A DNA stretch of 45,954 nt from an uncultured Rikenellaceae bacterium (GTDB lineage: Bacteria; Bacteroidota; Bacteroidia; Bacteroidales; Tenuifilaceae): contig CAYZSD010000006.1 of assembly GCA_964481075.1 (NCBI GenBank), forward strand, positions 1 through 45,954, read 5' to 3'. The position numbers and the translations under genes were made by a program. The first letter of the stretch is position 1, and each line of letters begins with the position of its first letter. The notes under the pieces were generated by a model, which worked only from the letters and a program-made list of their open reading frames with translations, did no database searches and was not told where the DNA came from. Positions 32,827-42,654 of the stretch are shown here, piece by piece.

Positions 32827-33762
32827 TTACAACGGTTTTACCGGCACACAGATATCTACCGTAAACTTCCCGTTTTTCGGTTCTTCGGGATACATCTCGA
32901 AGCAGGGCTTGTCGTCGGGTTGGTGGCCGCTGTTGGGGAACCATACTCCATAGAGCCACTGCCACGCCTCGCCAAACTGAGTAGCATCGACCACAAAACG
33001 AGCTACAACATACTTTGCAGCCTCAAGTTCCATTTTACCCACCTCACCATCAACCTTGGTGGAAGGAGAAACAGTAATACAAACGCTCATACGTAGCTTA
33101 TCCTCAACGGTAACGTTGGGATCATCGTGGTAAATGATTAGCGATTTAAAATCGGGACCACCGATAAGGTTTCGTGGGCCAGCCCAAGCAAAGAGTTTGT
33201 TCCATAGCCTTTCGAACAGCTTCTCGTCGCCCTTGTAGGGACCAATGTGGCGGATGTACGCCACCGTCATTTTTGGGAGATCCTTAATCTCCACGCTTTT
33301 GTTTAGTTCCATATTCGCTTTCCATTTAATGGTTTTAGTTTCGAAACAAAAGTACGTGGATGGTCTCTCGTAGGGTTGCTTCCTGTTGCTATCAGCTTGA
33401 CTTAAATTGCTATCATTATTTTTCTTCTGTCGGTATTGACTTGCCGAAATACCATGGAAGTTTTTGAAGTTGCGTGAAAAGATGGAAATATCAGTGAAGC
33501 CACACTTAAAAGCGATTTCGGTAACACTTTCGTTGGCAAGCGAAAGGAGCAACGTGGCAGCACGCTCAATCCTAACCCGAGTAATGAATTGAAAGGGCGT
33601 TTCGCCAACTACGCCATAAAAAATTCGGTTGAAATGGTACTTCGAGAAGTTGGCTACCTCTGCAAGTTCTTGTAGGGTGAACTGGTTACCTAAATTTGAT
33701 TCGATGTAATCGAATGCCCTGTTTATCCGGGCAATGTACTCGTTTTGGGTGTTGTTTGGCAT
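32827..33762 (-). CDS. AraC-family transcriptional regulator with C-terminal GyrI-like effector-binding domain
   Basis: N-terminal double HTH_AraC (FTLQELAEVANFSKYHFNRIFYGVVGETPFQFITRVRIERAATLL; VTEIAFKCGFTDISIFSRNFKNFHGISASQYRQ), then a Ser/Asn-rich linker. The C-terminal GyrI-like domain reads KMTVAYIRHIGPYKGDEKLFERLWNKLFAW. Confidence 0.85.
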   Translation of the reverse strand: MPNNTQNEYIARINRAFDYIESNLGNQFTLQELAEVANFSKYHFNRIFYGVVGETPFQFITRVRIERAATLLLSLANESVTEIAFKCGFTDISIFSRNFKNFHGISASQYRQKKNNDSNLSQADSNRKQPYERPSTYFCFETKTIKWKANMELNKSVEIKDLPKMTVAYIRHIGPYKGDEKLFERLWNKLFAWAGPRNLIGGPDFKSLIIYHDDPNVTVEDKLRMSVCITVSPSTKVDGEVGKMELEAAKYVVARFVVDATQFGEAWQWLYGVWFPNSGHQPDDKPCFEMYPEEPKNGKFTVDICVPVKPL

Positions 33763-33842
33763 TGGAACGCAGATTATGCTGATTTTCGCAGATTTCTTTT
33801 AATAAGACTTCCTTTTTACTTACACAAAAATAGGGTTTTGTT

Positions 33843-34778
33843 TTACAAACCAACATCTATTCCATACCATTTCATCACCCTCAACGCTCTCAGCGTATTC
33901 CAGCGGCTGGGTTTGCCGGTTTGTTCCATATCGAAGTGAGTTTGGCCAGGATGTTTGGCCTGTATGGGCCAGGTGCCGTTGGGGCTTCGTTTATGGATTA
34001 AGACATCAATTGCTTCGGTCATTCGGGGGTCGAAAAGCGTTTTTGCATCGACAAAATAATTCAGTGCCCTTAAAGTGTCGTAACGCCAGCGTGAGGGGTA
34101 TGATAACATCAGAAATCTTTTGTCAATAATTTCGCCTGTTCTATGCGATTTGAATAGTCTGTGTCCCAAGATAAACTCCTCCGATTCAAGCTGCACTTTC
34201 TTCAGTTCATCTAGTCGATACTTGTAACCTCCTTTTTTATATTCCACAATTCCTTCCAGAACTGAAATTGTTGTATGCAACGAGCTATGCTTTGCTCCAC
34301 CCTGATTCGAGAAGCAGTTAAAACCCCCATCGGCCATCTGCTGCGAAATGAGAAAATCGACGATTGATATGAGATCGCTTTCTTTGGTTTCGAAATAGCA
34401 GGCATAATTGAGGAACATCCCGTTAACGCATACATCGCTGTTTGGAATGGTAATTGCAGGATTTATGCCACCATCAGCAGATTTTCGGGTTTTAATTATC
34501 AGGTTGATGGTTTCTTTTATCTCCCAAATATCCTTGGGAATAGATAAGTTTTTAAGGTCGAGTAGGGTGTAATGGCTCGATATCCACTTGGGCTGGTAGA
34601 AGCTTCTTCCCCAATGACCGTTGGCTTGACGATTTGCTAAAAACTTAGCTCCCCATCCTTCATGTCTAATTCTTTCTTGAAGTTCAGGCTGTTCAACACC
34701 AAGCAAATGGTGATAGGTTTGGTATTGAATGGATACATCTCCAGTAAGAAGCCAATCGATGATTGAACTTTCGGACAT
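33843..34778 (-). CDS. Hypothetical protein with QW-type repeats (alpha/alpha-toroid, prenyltransferase/terpene-cyclase-like fold)
   Basis: Repeated Q-x-x-x-G-x-W/F-like motifs (RQANGHWG, QQMADGGFNCF, RSPNGTWP) of the kind seen in squalene-cyclase/prenyltransferase beta-subunit alpha-alpha toroids. The 311-aa length is too small for a full cyclase. Assignment is tentative. Confidence 0.4.
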   Translation of the reverse strand: MSESSIIDWLLTGDVSIQYQTYHHLLGVEQPELQERIRHEGWGAKFLANRQANGHWGRSFYQPKWISSHYTLLDLKNLSIPKDIWEIKETINLIIKTRKSADGGINPAITIPNSDVCVNGMFLNYACYFETKESDLISIVDFLISQQMADGGFNCFSNQGGAKHSSLHTTISVLEGIVEYKKGGYKYRLDELKKVQLESEEFILGHRLFKSHRTGEIIDKRFLMLSYPSRWRYDTLRALNYFVDAKTLFDPRMTEAIDVLIHKRSPNGTWPIQAKHPGQTHFDMEQTGKPSRWNTLRALRVMKWYGIDVGL

Positions 34779-34811
34779 AATTATTGGATAAATATTATCC
34801 CTTATAATCGT

Positions 34812-37800
34812 TTATCTGCTCTGAAAGTAAAGGTTAATATAGTGATTCAATTCTAATTCAACATCTTCCTTAACTTCTTGTTGCCCAAACCTGTCTGCTA
34901 CAGCAACCAGTTCTTGAAGTATCTGAAGGTTAAGCTCTTTGTCGTACGAAACAAGTTGTGAAAACCTACTTTCGAGGCTATAGTAGTATGTAAGGTTTTC
35001 AATTGTAGATTCGGCATATCTCTTGAAAAGAGTGTTTGCCTTCTCGGTTTCGTTGGCTTTGTAGTAATTCTCGATATGTCCAATTACGAAGAAATCGTAG
35101 GGGAACTTTTCCTGTGGTAGCAGATCAACAATCCTGTCGAGCACTTTTAAGGCTGAGTCTGTACGTCCTGCCTCAAGAAGTTCTTCAGCAAGCCTGTTGA
35201 AGTTATTCCTTAGCCTGAGCACCATTGCAGTTCGTTGAACGTTATGATCGACGAATACATCAGGTTCGTTAATCCTACCCCATGAGAACTCGTCCATAAA
35301 TTTTGTGTAAAGCTTATCAATATTTAACCTTCCGACAGATAGGAAGTCCTTGGGTTCAGTTTTGATTGGCACCAACCTGTATGCAAAACCCTCGAGCTGA
35401 AGATACTTCGAAAGCCCTAAATCGGAATCACCACCTGTTGAAACGAAGTAAATGGGGCGTTCCCAATTGTTATTTGCAATTATTTCTAGAACCATCATTT
35501 CGTTCTTCTGTAGATACTCTTTTTCAATTGTCCATTCCAATTCATCAACTATTAGGTGTGCATCTTCGGGTTTCACTGTTCCATTGGCCAAAACTTTCTC
35601 TTTATCAACAGTCAGTTTAAGTTGTTTTGAAGGAAGAAAATCGATGTATTCCCCTCGTGGGGTTCTATGTCTTGTTTCGGGCTTATCGCTACCCACAAAA
35701 TCCATGGCTTGTTTAAGTTCAACTGGGCGATTTATCCTCTCAATAATGTAAACTATATCGCGAGTACCTTGAACAAACTTATCGAACGTCATGGTAATGG
35801 GAAGCGGCTCAGATTCATAGGTTTTCCATTTCATTTGCTCGCAGTACCAATCGGTTCCAAGAAGGCTTAGGTTTACAACCCTTACATCGGTTCTTATTCC
35901 TTCAACTTCCTGTGCGTACCATAGAGGGAAAGTGTCGTTATCGCCATTGGTGAAGATTATGGCATTTGGCTCACAGGTGTTTAGGTAGTTAGAGGCAAAA
36001 TCGCGGGCAACATACCTTCCCGAACGGTCGTGGTCGTCCCAATTTTGCGAAGCAAGTAGGGTTGGCACAGGGAAGGAAAGAAGAATGGCAAGGCCAGCAG
36101 CAACCAGATGCTTTGTATATTTTGAAAGAAACTCATATATTGCTATTACTCCAATTCCAAGCCAAATAGAAAAGGCATAGAACGATCCCACATAGGAATA
36201 ATCACGTTCGCGAGGTTGTAGCGGTGTTTGGTTGAGGTAAACAACTATAGCCATGCCCGTTAGAACGAACAGGAGGGTTACCACCCAAAAGTTTTTATGA
36301 TCCCTTATAAATTGGAAAGCTAAACCCAATATTCCTAGTATTAGAGGTAGCATGAAGTAGGTGTTTCTGGCAGGGTGATTAAGCATTTCGCTGGTTAGCT
36401 TATCCTGATTTCCAAGTCTTATGCCATCAAGAGATTTTATACCAGTTATCCAGTTGCCGTTGAAAAGGTCACCATGCCCTTGCGTGTCGTTTTGACGACC
36501 CACAAAGTTCCACATGAAGTAACGCCAGTACATGAAGCCAATCTGATATTTAAAGAAGAAACCAATGTTCTCGCTGAAGGTTGGAACATGCTTAATCTCC
36601 TGCTCACCCATGGAGTTAGTTGCCCGTATTGGGATACCTTTTACATTCCCCCACTTCTTGTACTCGTTAACATGATCGCTTCGCCAGCTCCACATTCTAG
36701 GGAAGAATGACATGAATCTTTCATCAAAATTGTAGGTTGTTTTTAGGTATGTCTTTTCGTAGCGGCCATTGCTCTTCATGTAGGTATAAGTATCCTTGCT
36801 GTCTGTTACAGGTGCATTGAAGTATTGTCCAGTAAATAAAGGCCTGTCGCCATACTGCTCCCTGTTTAGGTAGTGGAGCAAGGCAAAAACCGTTGAAGGA
36901 TTGTTTTGGTTCATTGGTGTATTTGCATTTGCTCTGATTACCAGTAAGGTATAGGATGAGTAGCCTATTGTAATAACTGCTACACCCAATATTAAGGTGT
37001 GAAGTAGTACTTTCTTTTTCTTAATGGTTATCCAAAGCCCGTAACCTAAAACGGAAGCAATAGTTAAAATAAAGATAATTACTCCTGAGTTGTATGCTAA
37101 TCCCAAACCATTGATGAAGAGGAGTTCAAATTTTGATGCTAGTGTAACAACACCTGGGATAATTACATACATTATTGCTCCCAGAAGTGCTACGGCAGTA
37201 GCAAGGGCAGCTACCACTCCCCATTTGGTAACCTTAAATTTGCGGAAGTAGAACACGAAAACTATGGCAGGTATTGTAAGCAAGTTGAGAAGATGTACAC
37301 CAATTGAAAGCCCCATAATATAAGCAATAAGCACAAGCCAACGGTTTGAGTACGGTTCATCGGCAACGTTTTCCCACTTGAGTATAGCCCAGAATACCAG
37401 TGCAGTAAACATTGATGAGGTTGCATAGGCTTCGGCTTCAACAGCTACAAACCAAAAACTATCGGTAAAGGTGTAGGCTAGAGCACCTATTACACCACTT
37501 CCAAGGATTGCAACAATTTGTCCCAAACTTGGCTCATCGCCATTCTTAACGAGTAACCTTCGCGATAGGTGGGTGATTGACCAAAAGAGGAAAAGGATGG
37601 TAAAGGCTGCTGCTAAAGCAGACATGGTGTTGACCATCACTGATACCATCTGAAGGTTACCTCCTGCAAATGTTGTGAAGAAGTTTCCCATTAGCATAAA
37701 GAAGGGAGCTCCAGGGGGATGTGGTATTTCGAGTTTATATGCAGCAACTATACGCTCACTGCAATCCCAAAAGCTTGCGGTCGATTCAATGGTGAGCAAA

Positions 37801-37904
37801 TAAACAGTGGCTGCAATGGCAAAAACTAGCCAGCCAGTTAGGTTGTTAAGTTGAGCGAACTTCTTCATAAGAAATGAGTTATGTGTGCTTTCAAAATGGT
37901 ACAA
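34812..37904 (-). CDS. DUF2723-domain large polytopic membrane protein (GT-C-fold glycosyltransferase-like, PMT/ArnT-related) with C-terminal TPR-like soluble domain
   Basis: 1030 aa, with more than 12 TM helices in the N-terminal 650 aa. The N-terminus contains FWDCSERIVAAYKLEIPHPPGAPFFML, a conserved DUF2723 block, and is followed by a large soluble loop. The C-terminal region is alpha-helical and repeat-like (AEELLEAGRTDSALKVLDRIVDLL). Confidence 0.65.
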   Translation of the reverse strand: MYHFESTHNSFLMKKFAQLNNLTGWLVFAIAATVYLLTIESTASFWDCSERIVAAYKLEIPHPPGAPFFMLMGNFFTTFAGGNLQMVSVMVNTMSALAAAFTILFLFWSITHLSRRLLVKNGDEPSLGQIVAILGSGVIGALAYTFTDSFWFVAVEAEAYATSSMFTALVFWAILKWENVADEPYSNRWLVLIAYIMGLSIGVHLLNLLTIPAIVFVFYFRKFKVTKWGVVAALATAVALLGAIMYVIIPGVVTLASKFELLFINGLGLAYNSGVIIFILTIASVLGYGLWITIKKKKVLLHTLILGVAVITIGYSSYTLLVIRANANTPMNQNNPSTVFALLHYLNREQYGDRPLFTGQYFNAPVTDSKDTYTYMKSNGRYEKTYLKTTYNFDERFMSFFPRMWSWRSDHVNEYKKWGNVKGIPIRATNSMGEQEIKHVPTFSENIGFFFKYQIGFMYWRYFMWNFVGRQNDTQGHGDLFNGNWITGIKSLDGIRLGNQDKLTSEMLNHPARNTYFMLPLILGILGLAFQFIRDHKNFWVVTLLFVLTGMAIVVYLNQTPLQPRERDYSYVGSFYAFSIWLGIGVIAIYEFLSKYTKHLVAAGLAILLSFPVPTLLASQNWDDHDRSGRYVARDFASNYLNTCEPNAIIFTNGDNDTFPLWYAQEVEGIRTDVRVVNLSLLGTDWYCEQMKWKTYESEPLPITMTFDKFVQGTRDIVYIIERINRPVELKQAMDFVGSDKPETRHRTPRGEYIDFLPSKQLKLTVDKEKVLANGTVKPEDAHLIVDELEWTIEKEYLQKNEMMVLEIIANNNWERPIYFVSTGGDSDLGLSKYLQLEGFAYRLVPIKTEPKDFLSVGRLNIDKLYTKFMDEFSWGRINEPDVFVDHNVQRTAMVLRLRNNFNRLAEELLEAGRTDSALKVLDRIVDLLPQEKFPYDFFVIGHIENYYKANETEKANTLFKRYAESTIENLTYYYSLESRFSQLVSYDKELNLQILQELVAVADRFGQQEVKEDVELELNHYINLYFQSR

Positions 37905-38000
37905 TGAAAAAACGTGCTAAATTAGGTTTTTTTTGCCCTATTCTAGCAAAATGAGATTTTTTTAACGCATACCTGTATGGTAAGAATTGAATTATTCGTT

Positions 38001-38540
38001 TCACGAACCTTTCTGGCCAACAAAATAGTCATCCTTGTCAGCAAAAAGAATATTGAAGGTTGTAAGACTACCATATATTCGAGTGATATACTGCTGAAGG
38101 TTAACCTTATCCTCGTCAGTGAGGATGGCATGTGAGTTAATATTCTGTTCTAAAACCCTTAGCCTATCCCTTAGCATCACAATTTTATGGAAAAAATTTT
38201 CAATGGGTACCTCTTTCGATTGATGGTCATTGTTTTGGGGTTTTAGAATCATTGTACCACCAATCCATTTACCGCCAAGTTCCACTTTTGCCTGAAGGGC
38301 ACCGTACTTATCGAGGACATAGGTAATTGCTTCTTCAATTTGTTTGAGGTTTACCGATTGTTCGCCCTTCGATTCGCATAGGCTTTCAATATACTCCAGG
38401 TCAGCGTTCGACGTGGAGAACTGCATTTTCCCCCTTGTTTCAAAAAAGATTTCATAGGTTGTCAGCGACTTACGAGAAATAATACCTTCACCATAGTTGT
38501 AGTGTTTAACCCTGTCGCCTACGTTCATCTCTTTGCTCAT
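38001..38540 (-). CDS. Hypothetical protein with N-terminal Tudor/SH3-like (DUF3553-like) motif
   Basis: The N-terminal VGDRVKHYNYGEGIIS resembles the GDRVxHxxFGxGxV motif of the UvrD/PcrA C-terminal Tudor-like domain and DUF3553. The remaining about 130 aa are helical with no recognised motif. Confidence 0.4.
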   Translation of the reverse strand: MSKEMNVGDRVKHYNYGEGIISRKSLTTYEIFFETRGKMQFSTSNADLEYIESLCESKGEQSVNLKQIEEAITYVLDKYGALQAKVELGGKWIGGTMILKPQNNDHQSKEVPIENFFHKIVMLRDRLRVLEQNINSHAILTDEDKVNLQQYITRIYGSLTTFNILFADKDDYFVGQKGS

Positions 38541-38672
38541 AGTCAGAAGTTTTTATTTAAAATAACGAGTGCTAAAATATGAAATTATTTTATTGGCAAA
38601 CTATTTCTAATCACCAACTTTTATTAGCAATCTTTGCATAGATTTGCGAATAAGCATAATACTTGAGGACTA

Positions 38673-39671
38673 ATGGATAGTGTTATTAAGTATTTTCCTT
38701 TTGTATTCATTTGTGTGTTTTGTTCAAATGCCGTTGTTGGACAGGTGATTAGCCCCATCATTCAGGGAAACCACAATGATAGTAGTTTTTATCATGTTGC
38801 TAGAATTGATGAAAACGAGTTTTGGGTTGGAGGAGAATCTGGAATACTCGTTAGTATCGATACTATTGGGAACATAAGTAATATCAAATACCCAAGCAAG
38901 GGTTTGGATTTGCTGAAAATTTTGCCTACTGAAAACTATATATTTCTTGCTGCTTCGAACGCAACTATTTATCGTTTTGATAGAGAAAAAGGAACATTTG
39001 ACGTAAAGTATTTTCAAGAGTTAGAAGGTAAATGCTTTTACGACCTAATTGTTACCAAGGATAACAAACTTTTAGTTTGCGGGGGCGATAATGATATAGC
39101 AAGAGGGAAGAAAAGTATCCCAAGAGGTTTCATTGGAACAATTGACATGGACTTGACAAACCTAATAATTGTGTGGAAGAGTTTCAGAAGGTTTGTATGG
39201 AAAATGGAAGCCATCAACGACAGAATTCTTGCAGTAACCTATAATGGATTTAGCACAACACTAATGTCTTCAGGCATCAATCAAAAGTGGAAGAAAAGAG
39301 AAAGAATTAAAGGGCTTGTACATAGCGTTTTCTTGCACAATAATGAAATCTGGTTTTCAGGAACAGTGAAAAATCGATATAAAGAGACAGGCATTTGGGG
39401 TACAATAAATAGCAATAGAAGAAAACCAAATATTGATAAAACAACGGGGTGTCTCTGGGGCATAACTAGTGCATCAAGCAAAATTCTTTTTCCGTCTTAC
39501 ACTGGTTCTATCTTAGCAATTGATTTAAAAACCAGAAATGAGCAAAAGATTGAAGTAAGAGAAGGATTTAGCCTTTACGAAGTCGAATCAATATCTAAGA
39601 CAAAGTTTTTCGTTGTTGGGCATGGTAAAAGTATCTACTTGCTTAGTATTGATTCATTATTGCATAATTAG
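38673..39671 (+). CDS. Hypothetical secreted protein, possibly beta-propeller-like
   Basis: N-terminal signal peptide (FPFVFICVFCSNAVVGQ). Beta-rich repeats with W/G-containing blades (FWVGGESGILVSID; LLVCGGDND; IWFSGTVKN; FFVVGHGKS) are suggestive of a Ycf48/BNR-like propeller. This is a tentative call. Confidence 0.4.
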   Translation: MDSVIKYFPFVFICVFCSNAVVGQVISPIIQGNHNDSSFYHVARIDENEFWVGGESGILVSIDTIGNISNIKYPSKGLDLLKILPTENYIFLAASNATIYRFDREKGTFDVKYFQELEGKCFYDLIVTKDNKLLVCGGDNDIARGKKSIPRGFIGTIDMDLTNLIIVWKSFRRFVWKMEAINDRILAVTYNGFSTTLMSSGINQKWKKRERIKGLVHSVFLHNNEIWFSGTVKNRYKETGIWGTINSNRRKPNIDKTTGCLWGITSASSKILFPSYTGSILAIDLKTRNEQKIEVREGFSLYEVESISKTKFFVVGHGKSIYLLSIDSLLHN

Positions 39672-39703
39672 CTTTTTTTCAGAATGATAGAGTGAGGACG
39701 GAT

Positions 39704-42397
39704 TTATTTACCACTCATTAAGAATCTAATGATGTTGACCCAAGCAATATCTTTGTTATAGCTACTTCTGCCCGTTTTATATTCGCTCGCAAGGTTATCA
39801 TCCGTGATTAAGTTAAGGTTCTTTTGTGCCAGGTAATGTTCGCGGAGGTTTTCCCATTTAACCGATGAGAATTGGTCGAGAATCACTGCTAGCTGCTCAT
39901 TACTCTCGTCAAAAATTTCCTTACCATTGCTGACAAATTTCTTGAGATTATGGCGAATTTGAACCGAGTCAGTAGGGAATGGGCTGTCGCTCCCTGCAAC
40001 AAAGCTCCCATAGGTGGTTACATATTGAAATTCGTGAGCCGCTGTATATACGATATCTTTAGAGAATGTGGTGTTGTAGTACAAAACCCCTCCTTCCTTC
40101 AGGTGGCGCTTGCATAGCTTGATGAATTCGCTTGAAACCAAATTGTTTATCTGATCGCGCCAATGAAAGCTCGTGTTCATCAAAATAAAGTCGAACTTCT
40201 TGTTATTCCTTAGCAACCACCTTCTTCCATCGTCAATGTGAATGGTAACCTTTGGATCGGTCAGCAGGGTATTGTGTTCATCGTAGTTTTTGATTACCTC
40301 AATATAGTCGGGGTCAATTTCAACAATATCCAAACTTTCAACACCCTGATGGTTAGCTACAATCCTTGACCACGAGCCTGTGCTTAGCCCAATCTCCAGT
40401 ACGCTAGTGGGTTCGAGTTTTAATGCTGCAAACATATAGGTTCTATCAACCTTGTTTGAGTTTATCAGAATGTCGGTATTGAATCTGCCATCATAAATCC
40501 CTCCGCCACACATTATATCTCCCTCGTCATCGCTTATCACTGATATTACACCTGTTCTTGATTGAATGTTATACTTAAACTTTTTGTCGATAGAATACTT
40601 TGTTTTGAAGTAAAGCTTCTCGAAAACATTGTGATATAGACTGTTGCTGAAAACAATAGCAATTAAAGCGATTGCAACAAGAATCGGTTTATAGGCGTAC
40701 TTAAACGAATACGATTGAATATTGATAATCCATAGTGTAATTCCAACAATCAGGGCAAACAAGCTGATTATTAAAACAATGTTTTCGAAGCTTAACCAAT
40801 TCAACAGAAAAAATCCTGTAAATAATGGGCCGGTGGTAGAACCTACGATATTGGCAAAGTAAATCCATGAAACCGAAAAGCCTACGGCTTTATAGGATCT
40901 TATAGCATAGTGGCTCAGTAGTGGGAAAATAGTCCCCATAAAAAATGCAACAATACCTGAAAACAAGTACATTAGGCTTACTGCAATACTTGTATCTATT
41001 ACAGTAATAAGATATGACAGAAGAGGAATACACAGGAAGAAGACTAGTGTTGAAATAACTAACAGAAGGGAGATGACAGAAAGTAGTCGATCTTTGTTCC
41101 TCTCACATATTTTATTTGCTGTTAATGAGCCCAATGCTATACCTATCAAAATAAAACCTAGCATAAAAGCAAACACGTTGGCCTTACCTCCAGTGGCAAA
41201 GGAAATATATCGCACCCAGAGTATCTCTTGACTCATTGATATAAAGCCAGTTAACCCTGCAAGGATGAGGATAATTATGTACTTAATTCTATCAGATTTT
41301 GAACTTTGGGTGTTGTCAGAGTAGCTATCGGATTGTAATGGCTGAAGTTTTTCTGATTTAAAACTGCTAGATTTTACGAAAAGATAGGTCATTACAGCAA
41401 TGAATATATTACAAGAGGCAGCTACTACGACTGATAGTTTCATGCCAAAATACAAGAACAAAACCTCAACAGTAAAAAAACATGCCATTGCAGAACCAAT
41501 CGTGTTAATAAAATATAGTATTGAAACGGTTTTCCCAACATTCTTAATTCTTCTATGGAAATGGGTAATTAGTATTGGCAATGTAGCTCCCATGCATGTG
41601 GTTGGTATTGCTAGTAAAGCATACACAGATATTGCAATTACAAGTAGCGAACTATTTAACGTTAAATTGATTACGGCATTAAAAAGGGGGATGCTAATGA
41701 TACCAAAAAGACCAATAATAAGCTCGCAGGCAATAAAAAGTTGAGGTAAATGGTTTGAAAACCTTTTCGATAAGTATCCACCGATTACTGACCCCACCCC
41801 AAGCCCGAACATAAATACCGATACAATTATTGTAACCGATTCAATATTGACCCCAAAAAATTGGAACAATACTCTCTGCCATACAACCTGATAAATTATA
41901 GCGGCAAATCCAGAAATAAAAAACAAGACAAATAGCAAATTGTGTTTTATGGGGGAAGAGTTATCAATCTCCTGCAAATCGTGTGAAGTTAATCTAAATA
42001 GCAGAAAGGCTTGAATTAGGATAAAAGTGAAAATTATTGCAAACATATTAATACTAATACCAAAATAACCGCTTGAAGTTAATAGAAACACCAAATAAGC
42101 AGCAGTGTCTATTTTATAGTATTTGTCCTTAATAACTTTTATTGCATCGAATTGTAAAAGAATACTGCGAATTGTACTTCTAATAGTAATTAATATGATA
42201 GGCATTAGAAAGGCTCCTAGCAAGAGTCGTAAATTCATTTGGTATTTAACCCATGCGCCATCTCTAATGAAATCAGCAATCGATTCACACGATTGGCTCG
42301 CACATATTTCAGAGAACCAATTAAGCTGAACATTTATTCCTGTTATAATCCCAATAATCACTAGGATAATACTCCAAGGGCTAGTTATTTTGCTCAT
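39704..42397 (-). CDS. Fused polytopic membrane (MFS-like) domain / spermidine-synthase-like aminopropyltransferase-fold protein
   Basis: The N-terminal about 600 aa hold 14 or more TM helices. The C-terminal about 280 aa have the spermidine-synthase/SAM-MTase fold (VLEIGLSTGSWSRIVANH...LDIVEIDPDYIEVIKNY...VTIHIDDGRRWLL...FDFILMNT). This matches the family commonly annotated as 'fused MFS/spermidine synthase'. Confidence 0.7.
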   Translation of the reverse strand: MSKITSPWSIILVIIGIITGINVQLNWFSEICASQSCESIADFIRDGAWVKYQMNLRLLLGAFLMPIILITIRSTIRSILLQFDAIKVIKDKYYKIDTAAYLVFLLTSSGYFGISINMFAIIFTFILIQAFLLFRLTSHDLQEIDNSSPIKHNLLFVLFFISGFAAIIYQVVWQRVLFQFFGVNIESVTIIVSVFMFGLGVGSVIGGYLSKRFSNHLPQLFIACELIIGLFGIISIPLFNAVINLTLNSSLLVIAISVYALLAIPTTCMGATLPILITHFHRRIKNVGKTVSILYFINTIGSAMACFFTVEVLFLYFGMKLSVVVAASCNIFIAVMTYLFVKSSSFKSEKLQPLQSDSYSDNTQSSKSDRIKYIIILILAGLTGFISMSQEILWVRYISFATGGKANVFAFMLGFILIGIALGSLTANKICERNKDRLLSVISLLLVISTLVFFLCIPLLSYLITVIDTSIAVSLMYLFSGIVAFFMGTIFPLLSHYAIRSYKAVGFSVSWIYFANIVGSTTGPLFTGFFLLNWLSFENIVLIISLFALIVGITLWIINIQSYSFKYAYKPILVAIALIAIVFSNSLYHNVFEKLYFKTKYSIDKKFKYNIQSRTGVISVISDDEGDIMCGGGIYDGRFNTDILINSNKVDRTYMFAALKLEPTSVLEIGLSTGSWSRIVANHQGVESLDIVEIDPDYIEVIKNYDEHNTLLTDPKVTIHIDDGRRWLLRNNKKFDFILMNTSFHWRDQINNLVSSEFIKLCKRHLKEGGVLYYNTTFSKDIVYTAAHEFQYVTTYGSFVAGSDSPFPTDSVQIRHNLKKFVSNGKEIFDESNEQLAVILDQFSSVKWENLREHYLAQKNLNLITDDNLASEYKTGRSSYNKDIAWVNIIRFLMSGK

Positions 42398-42654
42398 AAT
42401 GTGCTTGTTAGCAAATACAATAGATAATCATTAAGAAGGCAAAGTAACTGCTTTTTTAAAACAATTCTTTTTCTTATTCAGAAATATTCAAAGTTATTAT
42501 TCAGGAGGAAAATGTCAATCCGCCGTTTTTCGACCTAAAAACTGGTTTAGCAGGAGGAAATCTGAAGAAGTTATCGAACCATAGGATGCGCCTTGCTATT
42601 GTTGGCGATTTCAAAAAGGTCAAATAATTTCCCCGATAAAGACAATGCTATATC

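Noticed and set aside
42398-42654. Two tiny plus-strand ORFs (MSIRRFST; MRLAIVGDFKKVK), each preceded by AGGAGGA, as leader peptides
   Set aside because: They are on the strand opposite to both flanking genes, very short, and Bacteroidota rarely use strong Shine-Dalgarno sites. The AGGAGGA repeat is more simply a direct-repeat DNA motif, and is noted in the cluster finding instead.
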